From: Octopus sinensis
Taxonomy: Eukaryota
Direction: 5' to 3'
NCBI RefSeq assembly: GCF_006345805.1
Contig: NC_043012.1
Coordinates: 11,098,001 to 11,162,000 of the forward strand
DNA length: 64,000 nt
Made by a program: the position numbers and the translations under genes. The notes beneath the pieces were generated by a model. The model worked only from the letters and a program-made list of their open reading frames with translations. It was not told the DNA's origin and did no database searches. How positions within the stretch are numbered: position 1 is the first letter of the stretch; each line of letters opens with the position of its first letter. This document shows positions 12,768-23,594 of this stretch, one piece after another.

Positions 12768-13205
12768 GGATCTTTTCGGTTTGAACGGCAGTTTTTCTAG
12801 CGGTGTCTTATGAAATTGTCACCCATAATAATGACCCTAGAATCGATCTATTGCATTTCAATCTCTTTTAGGGTTAGGGTTAAGGTTAGGATTAGTGTTA
12901 GGGTTAGGGGTGGGAGGAAGGGTATCTTTTTTTCTTCACAAATGTAAATAAACCCAATCTGTTTCTTGAGGGACATATTCATACGACACAGAATGCTTTT
13001 TACCTCAATAGACGTCACTGATTAGTTGAAATTGCAGAAATTGAAGAAAAAAGAAACAACAAATATCTTACAAACTATAGAATTTTCTCAATAAAGCCAA
13101 GAGAAAAAGATGTTTTATAAACACATTCTACCAGTATACGAAGTTTAAAATTTTTTAGTTACCTAGAAATTATGTTAAAAACAGCCGTTCAAACCGAAAA
13201 GATAC
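12768..13205 (-). mobile_element. Non-autonomous TIR transposon (MITE), copy 2, 8-bp TSD; Merlin-like (hAT not excluded)
   Basis: TIRs of ~29 bp: GGATCTTTTCGGTTTGAACGGCAGTTTTT ... AAAAACAGCCGTTCAAACCGAAAAGATAC. AATTCTTC is directly repeated at 12760-12767 and 13206-13213. Internal TTAGGG-like repeats at ~12869-12910. The superfamily is inferred from the GG termini plus 8-bp TSD. Confidence 0.85.
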
Positions 13206-13722
13206 AATTCTTCTTTTAAAAGAATGAGATTTTGATTCACCTGACCCGATTGGAACAAATTTACGTGATGACGTAATTATCCTATGAAGTATTCGTGCGC
13301 CTGGCAAAAGAGTGATATCTCTTCTGAAACAATGGGAAAAGATGACAAGATCAGCATAGATAAGACAGTGTCAGATGTTGACGTGCATTGACCATAGACA
13401 CAATGCTGTTGTTTAGATCTTGGCTTAACGACGTTCCAGTCGTGACCATCCTTTCTATTTTTCACACAGACGAAATTCTTCAATGGGCAATACTATCTAA
13501 TATGTTCTTCCATCTTTAAGATGATAGGATGTGTTTTCTGAGAGGTAGGGTTGCTATTTCTAACGAGTCGAACGATCGCATAGAGGCCCCCTTTTGGAGC
13601 GTTAAAAGTCAAAAGTAATTTCAAAGAAATTCATGTATTTTGTATTAGTGGCAATAGCGCCTCCTATGGGGCGTTGTCAGCTAACAGGGAAACCCTTTAG
13701 GTGTGACTTGGGTATTTTGAGG

Positions 13723-13794
13723 AGTCGTGAGGTTTCTTTAACATAAAATATTTAAACTAGTTTAAATATTTTATGTTAAAGAAACCTCACGACT
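13723..13794. repeat. Perfect 72-bp palindrome (36-bp arms, no spacer)
   Basis: AGTCGTGAGGTTTCTTTAACATAAAATATTTAAACT|AGTTTAAATATTTTATGTTAAAGAAACCTCACGACT. Confidence 0.95.
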
Positions 13795-13934
13795 TATATT
13801 TTAAACACATTCGAAACAAAATTTGTTAAGATTAAATTACGAAAAGGACATTGTGTTTACCTGCAAGCAGAAATATGCCTGATGATATTCCAAGGTCGAA
13901 TATAATTTTATTATATAAGTCATCCCTTTCGTTA

Positions 13935-14500
13935 GTGCGTAACTGGTACTTAATTTATCGACCCCGAAAGGATAAAAGGCAAAGTTGGCTTCGGCGGAAT
14001 TTGAATTCAGAACGTAACGGCAGATGAAATACCTATTTCTTTACTACCCTCAAGGGGCTACACACAGAAGGGACAAACAAGGACAGACAGACGGATTAAG
14101 TCGATTATATCGACCCCAGTGCATAACTGGTACTTATTTAATCGATCCCGAAAGTATGAAAGGCAAAGTCGACCTCGGCGGAATTTGAACCCAGAACGTA
14201 ACGGCAGACGAAATACCGCTAAGCATTTCGCCCGGCGTGCTAACGTTTCTGCCAGCTCGCCGCCTTAAATATTTCTTTATTGCCCACAAGGGGCTACACA
14301 CATAGGGGACAAACAAGGACAGACAAACGGATTAAGTCGATTACATCGACCCCAGTGCGAAACTGGTACTTTATTTATCGACCTCGAAAGGATGAAAGGC
14401 AAAGTCGACCTCGGCCGAATTTGAATTCAGAACGTAACGGCAGACGAAATACCGCTAAGCATTTCGCCTGGCGTGCTACCGTTTCTGCCAGCACGCCGCT
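13935..14500 (-). mobile_element. Head-to-tail cluster of tRNA-derived SINE family A copies
   Basis: Full copies at ~14270-14500 and ~14032-14267, then a partial repeat unit to ~13935. A-box TGGCAGAAACGTTAG and B-box GAGTTCAAATTCC on the minus strand. Central CTTTGCCTTTCATCCTTTCGGGGTCGATAAATTAAGTACCAG domain. Confidence 0.9.
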
Positions 14501-15391
14501 TGAAGGATGAAAATATGAAAGAAATTGAATCATAATTGTAAGAGAATTAACATAAATTAACATAAATTCTGAAATTTATGACAGTACTGTTTGCGTAATA
14601 TAAGTTCCATATGAATCAAACCAACAAAAATCCGGTCTTGTAACTTAGCAATTTGATAAATAGATATTGATAAGTGAATGACAGACTAACGCCGATATGA
14701 TCAACTAAAACCCACTGAAGTCGGGGGCCCCGCATGGCTGTATTCCAATGACTGAAAACATCTTGGAGGTGAAAGAACCATTAATGTCTGCAGTACTGGA
14801 ACAGGTTTACCAATATTCCAATGGACAAACCCAATATATATTATTAGACCAAAACTATTACACAAGTCTTCGCAATACAAGAACAAGTTCATTAAGTCAA
14901 ATATACATTAATCTGTTAAATCATGATTTGTGAAAACGGTGAAATTATAGGAAACTGGATACCAAAGAAAGATTATAATCTTGCGGAGGATTGTTGGCCA
15001 AGAATTACGTAGATTAAGCACGGGGAGTTATAGACTTCCATTAACAACACTCCTTTAGTGTTATTAAACAGAATAATAACGTCAATATATTCCACAGTTT
15101 CAACATAGAATGCGACCAGATCAGAGGTAGGATGCAGTCACTGTTGACAAGGAAGCGAAATGGATTAAAGTATTATAAAATCATTAGAATTGCACAGACA
15201 GCGAAAAAGGAGTTTCGGGAATGATATAGAATGCTGGAATTTGAGAAATATGAAGAATTTATATGTAAAGTTCTAATTATAAATTTCAGATATAAAATTG
15301 GTTTGGCAAATCACCTGATGTGAAACTACTTCATCATGGTGCAGCCACTAGTGAGAATAGCAACAACAATGCTCGCATGAAATATTACAAA

Positions 15392-15392
<1 letters not shown>

Positions 15393-15457
<65 letters not shown>
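15393..15457. repeat. (CA)n microsatellite
   Basis: Uninterrupted CA run. Confidence 0.98.
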
Positions 15458-15459
<2 letters not shown>

Positions 15460-15479
15460 TAATAGTAACACATTTTAAT

Positions 15480-15863
15480 GGATGGAAGCACTCCGTCGGT
15501 TACGACGACGAGGGTCCGGTTGATCCGATCAACAGAACAGCCTGCTCGTGAAATTAACGTGTAAGCGGCTGAGCACTCCACAGACACATGTACACTTAAC
15601 GTAGTTCTCGGGGATATTCAGCGTGACACAGAGAGTGACAAGGCCGGCCCTTTGAAATACAAGTACAACAGAAACAGGAAGTAAGAGTGAGAGAAAGTTG
15701 TGGTGAAAGAGTACAGCAGGGATCACCACCATTCCTGCCGGAGCCTCGTGGAGCTTTAGGTGTTTTCGCTCAATAAACACTCACAACGCCCGGTCTGGGA
15801 ATCGAAACCGCGATCCTACGACTGCGAGTCCGCTGCCCTAACCACTGGGCCATTGCGCCTCCA
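15480..15863 (-). mobile_element. tRNA-derived SINE family E, full length with 14-bp TSD
   Basis: Minus strand begins TGGAGGCGCAATGGCCCAGTGGTTAGGGCAGCGGACTCGCAGTCGTAGGATCGCGGTTTCGATTCCC (A and B boxes). TSD TAACACATTTTAAT at 15466-15479 and 15864-15877. Confidence 0.9.
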
Positions 15864-15912
15864 TAACACATTTTAATACAAGAAGTTGGAATGAACAGGT
15901 TTTATTATAAAT

Positions 15913-15946
15913 CACTACAATTGTTTCTGCTCATCGTCATCAGGTG
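15913..15946 (-). ncRNA. Degenerate minimal type I hammerhead ribozyme motif (Penelope-like tail)
   Basis: Minus strand reads CAC-CTGATGA-CGATGAGCA-GAAAC-AATT-GTA-GTG. Both core boxes are present, stem III is palindromic (ACAATTGT) and stem I is 3 bp. Stem II does not pair, so it is probably inactive. Confidence 0.45.
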
Positions 15947-16091
15947 GTAATTGTTAAATGTTACATATACACATTATTAACAATATCACAATATTGTATT
16001 GATGTGATTCAACAATAGCTATACACATGCGCGTCTTCAGGTGAGAAGAGTCCAAAGAACTGTTAGATCATTTTTATATAAAACAGAACAG

Positions 16092-16311
16092 TATGTATGT
16101 ATGTATGTATGTATGTATGTATGTATGTATGTATGTATGTATGTACTTATGTATGTATGTATGTACGTATGTATGTATGTACTTATGTATGTATGTGTGT
16201 ATGTATGTATGTGTGTATGTACTTATGTATGTATGTATGTACGTATGTATGTATGTACTTATGTATGTATGTATGTATGTATGTACTTATGTATGTACTT
16301 ATGTGCGTATG

Positions 16312-16376
<65 letters not shown>
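16092..16376. repeat. Compound (TATG)n/(TA)n/(TG)n microsatellite
   Basis: Direct reading; it explains the MYVC/YI/VC ORFs. Confidence 0.97.
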
Positions 16377-16377
<1 letters not shown>

Positions 16378-16549
16378 TTTGTGTGTGCTTGTACATACAC
16401 ACACGCACGAGAACCTTCATTTGGGATCACCAATACTTTTTTATTTCCCTTCCTTTCGACTTCTTCTTTCAAACTTTTCTTTTTTTAATCATTCGCCATG
16501 CTTGACCGCTAAATCGGCAAGTATTTTTTCATTCTCTCTCTGTTTATTT

Positions 16550-16665
16550 CCCCTTATTCCTTTCTGTTGAAGAATGTAGGCTCGAAATATAAAATCCTTT
16601 TTCATTTTCCCGAGCGTCAAACTAATACATTTGTCTTCGTCTTTTGTTATTTTCTATAAATTTCA
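16550..16665 (+). mobile_element. Penelope-like 3' tail fragment with decayed minimal hammerhead
   Basis: CCTTTCTGTTGAAGAATGTAGGCTCGAAATATAAAA followed by TTCCCGAGCGTCAAACTAATAC; same family as 34205-34375, 36520-36630 and 61213-61430. Confidence 0.55.
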
Positions 16666-16677
16666 ACTATATATATA

Positions 16678-17054
16678 TCTATATCTATATAAACGGCAGT
16701 TTGTCTGTGCGTGTTTCTGTGTGTGTTTGCTTGTACCCTCACCCTGACCATGGCTTTCAACCGATTCTGATGAAACTTGACACACACATAGCCCAATGTC
16801 ATAATTCAAACTAACGCAGCGAAAATTTTGAAAAGTTCCCCCAGTTCTGAAAAAAATCGATAAATTCGACATGGGGTCGAGAATCAGAAACACAAACCGC
16901 AAACTGTCTAGGGGACGCAACTCCACCTTTTTAACTAAAAAAAAATTTTCCATCATTTTTTCCATTTTTTTGCTATTTTTGGGCTATAACTCTCTAAAAA
17001 TGCTTTATAGTTATTTCCCTTACAAACCTGAGCAACGCCGGGCGATACTGCTAG
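16678..17054 (+). mobile_element. Non-autonomous Helitron
   Basis: 5' TC (TCTATATCTATATAAA), 3' hairpin CCTGAGCAACGCCGGG followed by CTAG, inserted between A and T, no TSD. Confidence 0.85.
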
Positions 17055-17274
17055 TATATATATATATATATATTATATATATATATAGTATCGTGGCAAA
17101 AGTCTTAAACTATTGTAAATTTCTACTACTTGTCAACTTATAAGTGGATGTTTCGCATTACGTTTTTATTGATGAAACATTGGCTCTGTTGGAGTCATTT
17201 CCATACCTAATCATTATATTTTGTTGTTTTTGTAGGGGTTCTGAATGAAGGGGGTAGATGCAAGACGACCACTA

Positions 17275-17930
17275 AAAAGGGCCGTGCAAAAGTTTTCGGC
17301 CATCTCACTTAAACCAATCAAGATAGTGTTTTAAAACAGAAAAAATATCTATAATGAAAATTTTATTACATAATGTTCATTCCAAGAAGTTAACTGTTCA
17401 ATGTTAATATTTCGTGTGGCTTCCCTTAGCTCGAATAATTGCTTCAATGCGTCTGGGATGAGATACGTACCAATCCTTCACCGTCTTCACAGGTCAGAGA
17501 AGCAATTCTCTGTGGCTGCGCCCCCACAACTCTTTATTATTGCATGGATTCTTCTGACGAACTCTTCTCTTTAGTTCTGTCCACATTTGCTCGATGGTAT
17601 TTAAGTCGGGCTCTGAGCTGGCCAGTCTTTCAATACGGTAACACCTTCATCAACCAGGCTCTATTGTGTTGCACGCGATCTGTGGCATGAAGCCCCGTCG
17701 TGCTGAAAAATCTCACCTTCATCCAAGTCTGGCATCACATTATCCTTCAGCAACCGGATGTATTTGACATTATTCAAGTTACCATCAATTTTAACCAACT
17801 TTCTCGAACCATCACTTTTCATGTATCCCCAAAGCATCAGACTTTTACCCCCAGACTTCACTGTTTTCGTCGTGTAACGTGGGTCGTTTTGCTTTTCTAA
17901 TAAGCAAGAATTTGTCGGAAGGCCTCCAGG
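17275..17930 (-). pseudogene. Tc1-like DD34E transposase remnant (catalytic C-terminus) with one TIR-like end
   Basis: Minus-strand translation: NDPRYTTKTVKSGGKSLMLWG...EIFQHDGASCHRSRATQ*...DWPAQSP(fs)DLNTIEQMWTELKRRV...PRRIEAIIRAKGSHTKY* (stop at 17404-17406). These are Tc1 motifs. TIR-like GGGCCGTGCAAAAGTTTTCGGCC at ~17279. Stops and frameshifts are present. Confidence 0.9.
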
Positions 17931-17937
17931 CACACCA

Positions 17938-18030
<93 letters not shown>

Positions 18031-18288
18031 GTACAAATACAAGCACACGTATACACGGACGTACACATAATCAGCTAATCAACGAACATCCGATCAAACC
18101 TCATTCCATCACACAAACACAGAAAATAATAAGATTGTTCTCTAAAATATATCGTTTCCAATGTCATAGCTTTTCTGTGGAAGATATTCCCCAAAGTGCT
18201 AATTAAAGAGAATCAAACTTTATTCAATTGATATGTTTGTATGTGTGCGTGTGTGTGTATGCATACATACATACATACATATATTATA

Positions 18289-18329
<41 letters not shown>

Positions 18330-18360
18330 CATACACACACACACACGTATATATCTTTAT

Positions 18361-18651
18361 ATACATGCATATGTGGGTACAGGACGTCACCAACAGTAAA
18401 CAACATGAAATACGAAAACAAATGAGTTCAATACGCAAACAACGAGAGAAACAAATGGAAAACAGGACAAGTAACGTAAAGAACGACCCTTCATCAGTTT
18501 GTCGGCTGTCTATCTACTCCTCATTTCGAGCACTGAAACACAATATGAGTCTTCGAAGACAGTTACTCGTTGTTTGCGTATTGAACTCATTTCTTTTCGT
18601 ATTTCCTGTTGTTTACTGTTGGTGACGTCCTGTACCCACATATGCATGTAT
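18361..18651. mobile_element. Fold-back element with 86-bp terminal inverted repeats (MITE-like or Penelope-derived)
   Basis: Arms 18361-18446 and 18566-18651 (GTGGGTACAGGACGTCACCAACAGTAAACAAC...) are reverse complements with few mismatches. The spacer contains CCCTTCATCAG and the palindrome GTCTTCGAAGAC. Confidence 0.75.
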
Positions 18652-18664
18652 GTATGTGTGTGTG

Positions 18665-18697
<33 letters not shown>

Positions 18698-18780
18698 GTA
18701 TGTGTGTGTGTGTATATATATGTGTATATACATGTGTGTATATATATATATATGTATATATAGGTATGTATATGTATATG

Positions 18781-18811
<31 letters not shown>

Positions 18812-18855
18812 GTATATATATATGTATGTGTGTGTGTATATATATTGTATTTATA

Positions 18856-19016
18856 TGGCTGTGTGGTAAGTAGCTTGCTAACCAACCACATGGTTCCGGG
18901 TTCAGTCCCACTGCGTGGCATCTTGGGCAAGTGTCTTCTGCTATAGCCCCGGGCCGACCAATGCCTTGTGAGTGGATTTGGTAGACGGAAACTGAAAGAA
19001 GCCTGTCGTATATATG

Positions 19017-19049
<33 letters not shown>

Positions 19050-19255
19050 TTGTGTGTCTGTGTTTGTCCCTCTAGCATTGCTTGACAACCGATGCTGGTG
19101 TGTTTACGTCCCCGTCACTTAGCGGTTCGGCGAAAGAGACCGATAGAATAAGTACTGGGCTTACAAAGAATAAGTCCCGGGGTCGATTTGCTCGACTAAA
19201 GGCGGTGCTCCAGCATGGCCGCAGTCAAGTGACTGAAACAAGTAAAAGAGAGAGT
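18856..19255 (+). mobile_element. tRNA-derived CORE-type SINE family B (resembles octopus OR-type SINEs)
   Basis: Head TGGCTGTGTGGTAAG...GGTTCAGTCCC (A/B boxes), CORE-like CTTGGGCAAGTG, internal TA/TG microsatellite, 3' tail GAAACAAGTAAAAGAG. Family naming is from recall, not a database search. Confidence 0.88.
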
Positions 19256-19463
19256 ATGTATATATATATATGTATATATATGTATATATAGGTATGTATA
19301 TGTATATGTATATATATATAATAGAAATATTAAAATTACTAAGTCTCTCTAAAAGAGAACAACGGCAGCGTTCCCGGAAAATATTAGTTATCGCCATACT
19401 AATATGGCATTCTTATAAAAATAAGAAAAAAGCTGACCGCTTATTAGCTCCATGAGGCCATCG

Positions 19464-19757
<294 letters not shown>

Positions 19758-19777
19758 ATATATATATATATATATAT

Positions 19778-19818
<41 letters not shown>

Positions 19819-20787
19819 CATAACACGAACTACTACCATACACTCACATACACACACACGCACGCACGTACGCGCACACACACAGGCACATGTTTGTGCG
19901 TGTATAAGTGTATTTTAATCTGTGTCATTTTTCATGTGATAGAATTTGTTGCACGCAGCCAACAATGAGGGCTGCCAGAATATCACAGAGAAATGCTTTG
20001 TCGCCGTCATCGTCGAGGTCATCGTCGTCGTCGTCGTAGTAGTAGTAGTCATAGTAGTATCATCATCAGCAGCAGTATCATCATCAGCGGCATCATCATC
20101 ATCAGCATCATCAGCATCATCATCATCAGCAAAATCCTTAGTAGCAGCTATTGTGGAGGCTGTAGTTGTGATGGTGGTAGTGACTGTATATTCAACACGT
20201 ACAACGTATAAATAAAAGATCACACACACCACACACACACACACAAAACAAAATTAAGATTCAAACAAAGACAACAAACAAATGTATAAATCTACTCTGT
20301 ATCATTCAGACGAGAAATTTTCAAACAACTTTTTTTCCCTTTCTAACGGAAGCTGAGCGTAGACTGAAGAGCAGACGACATGAAAATGAATGGCCATCTT
20401 CAATCAGTCTGACAGATAGGTGTGAAATGTCGACACTGAAGATGGATAGGCAGTGAAGGATTGAAGGATTGCCTTAACAAAAAAAAAAACAAACACCAAA
20501 ACGAAGAAATAAATATATAAAATATAAAGAAATTCTAACCAAACGTTCACTATTTTCTTTTACACTTTGGTCGCCGCTTTAAGGGTCAAACTTAGGTCGG
20601 TAAAAGTGCCGGCTTTTTCGGGAGAAGCATTTTTATTTATTTGTTAATACTTCTTTTGCACCCCACTCCAATTTCCTGCTTGGAACTCTTAGCGCGCGCA
20701 CACACATACACACACACACACAAATCCTTGTAGACACACACACACACAGATCATTGTACACACGCACACACTCATATTTATATTTAC

Positions 20788-20788
20788 G

Positions 20789-20851
<63 letters not shown>

Positions 20852-20909
20852 GTCTGTCTGTCTGTCTATTTATCTGTCTGTCTGTCTGTCTGTCTGTCGG
20901 TCTATCTGT

Positions 20910-20967
<58 letters not shown>

Positions 20968-21018
20968 GCCTGCCTGTCTTTCTGTCTGTCTGTCAGTCTG
21001 TCTGACTATCTATCTATC
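20788..21018. repeat. (TCTA)n/(TCTG)n microsatellite
   Basis: Direct reading. Confidence 0.97.
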
Positions 21019-21180
21019 TACCAACTTCTCACTTTCGTTCATTTCACACTCGCGTGCGCATACACACACTTACGCATGCGTATGTACATATGTAAGCAAG
21101 TATGTATGCATGTATGTATGTATGTATGTATGTATGTGTGTATGTATATTAAGAGTGAAAAGAAGCTATTCATGATTGAA

Positions 21181-21378
21181 TACCCACAAGGAGCTACACA
21201 CAGAGGGGACAAATAAGGACAGACAAACGGATTAAGTCGATTATATCGACCCCAGTGCGTAACTGCTACTTGCTTAATCGACCCCGAAGAGATGAAAGGT
21301 AAAGTCGACCTCGGCGAAATCTGAACTCAGAACGTAAAAACACACGAAATACCGCAAAGCATTTCGCCCGGCGTGCCA
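21181..21378 (-). mobile_element. SINE family A
   Basis: Matches 42896-43136 in reverse; the 5' end is truncated. Confidence 0.85.
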
Positions 21379-21404
21379 TCTTGCCGCCACAAAGTGTTAA
21401 TATA

Positions 21405-21560
21405 GAGCTGGCAGAATCGTTAGCGCGCTGAGCTAAATGCTTAATGGCATTTCGTCTGTGCTTACGTTCTGAGTTCAAATTCCGCCGAAGCTCACTTTGC
21501 CTTTCATCCCTTCACAATCGATAAAATAAGTAGCAGTTGAGTACCGGGATGGATGTAATC
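21405..21560 (+). mobile_element. SINE family A, diverged copy, head-to-head with the previous one
   Basis: GAGCTGGCAGAATCGTTAG...GAGTTCAAATTCCGCCG...CTTTGCCTTTCATCC. Confidence 0.8.
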
Positions 21561-22134
21561 GTCTTAGCTTCTCCCGTGAAATTGCTGGCCCTGTGTTAAA
21601 ATTTGAAACGAATTTAGTGAAGGAAAGACATTAAAAGCATAAATGTACCTTGAGACAAGAGAGAAATCTTAAACTGGGCGTCTGAGACACCCTCGCCGGA
21701 ATGAAGTTCTGTGGTGTAGTTTGACAGGAAGTTTCCGGCCCAAGAGATGATAAATAGCTGGCAGCTTTAAGCAGATAAGATGGAGTCCGAGTTTCGATAG
21801 GGAATCATTTAGTTTCGTTAGGTGGGTGATAACGGAAAGGTCGAATTTAGTATACAAAAAAAAAATACAAAAAAAAAACATGTTATTCTGAAGAATTTAC
21901 GGTGATTGGGACTAATTCCTGGTAAGCGACGGTGATATTAACGTGCTATATTCAGTCTGTTCCTTAACATGTTTTTGAAATGAGAAGAATGAATCCCACC
22001 GAAACACGGGCTTAGGTTACAAATAGCCTATTTTTATTTATGTTCATTTATATCTATATTTCCATTTTACGCAACGGTGCTGATGTCTTCCTTCTACAAT
22101 CAAGATGGTGGATATTGTGAAAGAGAAAAATCGC

Positions 22135-22165
<31 letters not shown>

Positions 22166-22291
22166 CGATCACGCGACCGACCAGACCATCAGATGTTGTT
22201 ACACATCGCTGGTCACAATGCGTTCGCATTGTTTTTAGCCTTTGAATGACGCCAGCCCGCTGGCTAAGCGAACAGGCCATATATATATATA

Positions 22292-22689
22292 CTAGCAGTA
22301 TCGCCCGGCGTTGCTTGGGTTTGTAAGGGAAATAACTATATAAGCATTTTTAAAGAGTTATAGCCAAAAAATAGCAAAAAAATGCATTGAAAATGGAAAA
22401 AAAATTATGGTAAATTTTTAAAAAATCGTTGACTTATCGTAGACATTTTTAGAGAGTTACTTCCCTTATATAATAGCGAAAAAATGCATTAAAATGGAAA
22501 AAAAATGATGGTAAATTTTTTTTTAAATCGTAGACTCATCGTAGACGCGCGCTAATACACAGAAGGGCTCGATATGAATCACGACTATAAGATACCCGGT
22601 TTTGGTTAAACTGCACCGCGAAATGTGGGAGTAGTTAGGAATCTAAATCGTAGGAGACAGACACACAGCCTTACTTTTATATATAAAGA
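22292..22689 (-). mobile_element. Non-autonomous Helitron, second subfamily
   Basis: Minus strand starts TCTTTATATATAAAAG and ends CCCAAGCAACGCCGGGCGATACTGCTAG, inserted A|T. It shares its 3' ~100 bp with 16678-17054 and has an internal ~105-bp tandem duplication. Confidence 0.85.
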
Positions 22690-22930
22690 TATACTTATAC
22701 ATACGTATATGTATATATATATGCCTTTCGTTTTTGGATTTGGTTTACAAGATTCTTTATATGAGTTCGTGTGTTGAAACACATTCTGTTGTGTCTGGGG
22801 AGAGTCATTTTCTTTTTGTGCCTTATGATTTAACACACTCACCAGTATAAATATATATATATATACACATATATATATGTAAATATATATATATATAATA
22901 ATATATATATATTATATATATATATATATG

Positions 22931-22966
<36 letters not shown>

Positions 22967-23049
22967 GGTCCCGGGTTGATTCGGGGTTTAACACAGTAAA
23001 TAAGGTACTCAATACATAGCAGAGTAAAATTAATTTATTATATAGAAGG

Positions 23050-23100
23050 AGCTTCTACAGGACTAGAACTGTTTCATTCAAGAGAAATCTTCAGGAAGCT
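23050..23100 (-). ncRNA. Type I hammerhead ribozyme motif
   Basis: Reverse complement is identical to 23595-23645. Confidence 0.75.
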
Positions 23101-23251
23101 AGTTAACAAGAATTGTATTGGCATTTATACATTTAGGCAGGTTTAAAGGGGTGGTGGTGGGGGACTTTTTGGGGTAGGCATAGCGCAAAAAATCATACTT
23201 GGGGGAGTGGTCAAGGAGTCAGTGTTAAATTAGATAGGAGAATAAAAAAAT

Positions 23252-23288
<37 letters not shown>

Positions 23289-23361
23289 AAATAAAAATAA
23301 AAATAAAAAATAAAAAAATAAAAAAATAAAATTTTTTTTTCTTTCTATTTTTTTATATTTT

Positions 23362-23398
<37 letters not shown>

Positions 23399-23594
23399 AT
23401 TTTTTATTTTTTATTTTTTATTTTTTATTTTTTATTTTTTATTTTTTTTTATTCTCCTATCTAATTTAACACTGACTCCTTGACCACTCCCCCAAGTATG
23501 ATTTTTTGCGCTATGCCTACCCCCAAAAAGTCCCCCACCAACACCCCTTTAAACCTGCCTAAATGTATAAATGCCAATACAATTCTTGTTAACT

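Noticed and set aside
12236-12910. True telomere or chromosome fusion site from facing CCCTAA and TTAGGG tracts
   Set aside because: The tracts are short, degenerate and lie at homologous positions inside two inverted MITE copies.
15790-15863. tRNA genes at SINE heads (also 33330-33397, 50401-50475, 60885-60960)
   Set aside because: A and B boxes are present, but the sequences continue into SINE bodies, have TSDs or tails, and lack a proper acceptor stem.
16041-16570. Long ORFs made of YI/VC/HT/MYVC/LSIY repeats here and throughout the window
   Set aside because: They are translations of TA, TG, TATG and TCTA microsatellites that happen to lack stop codons.
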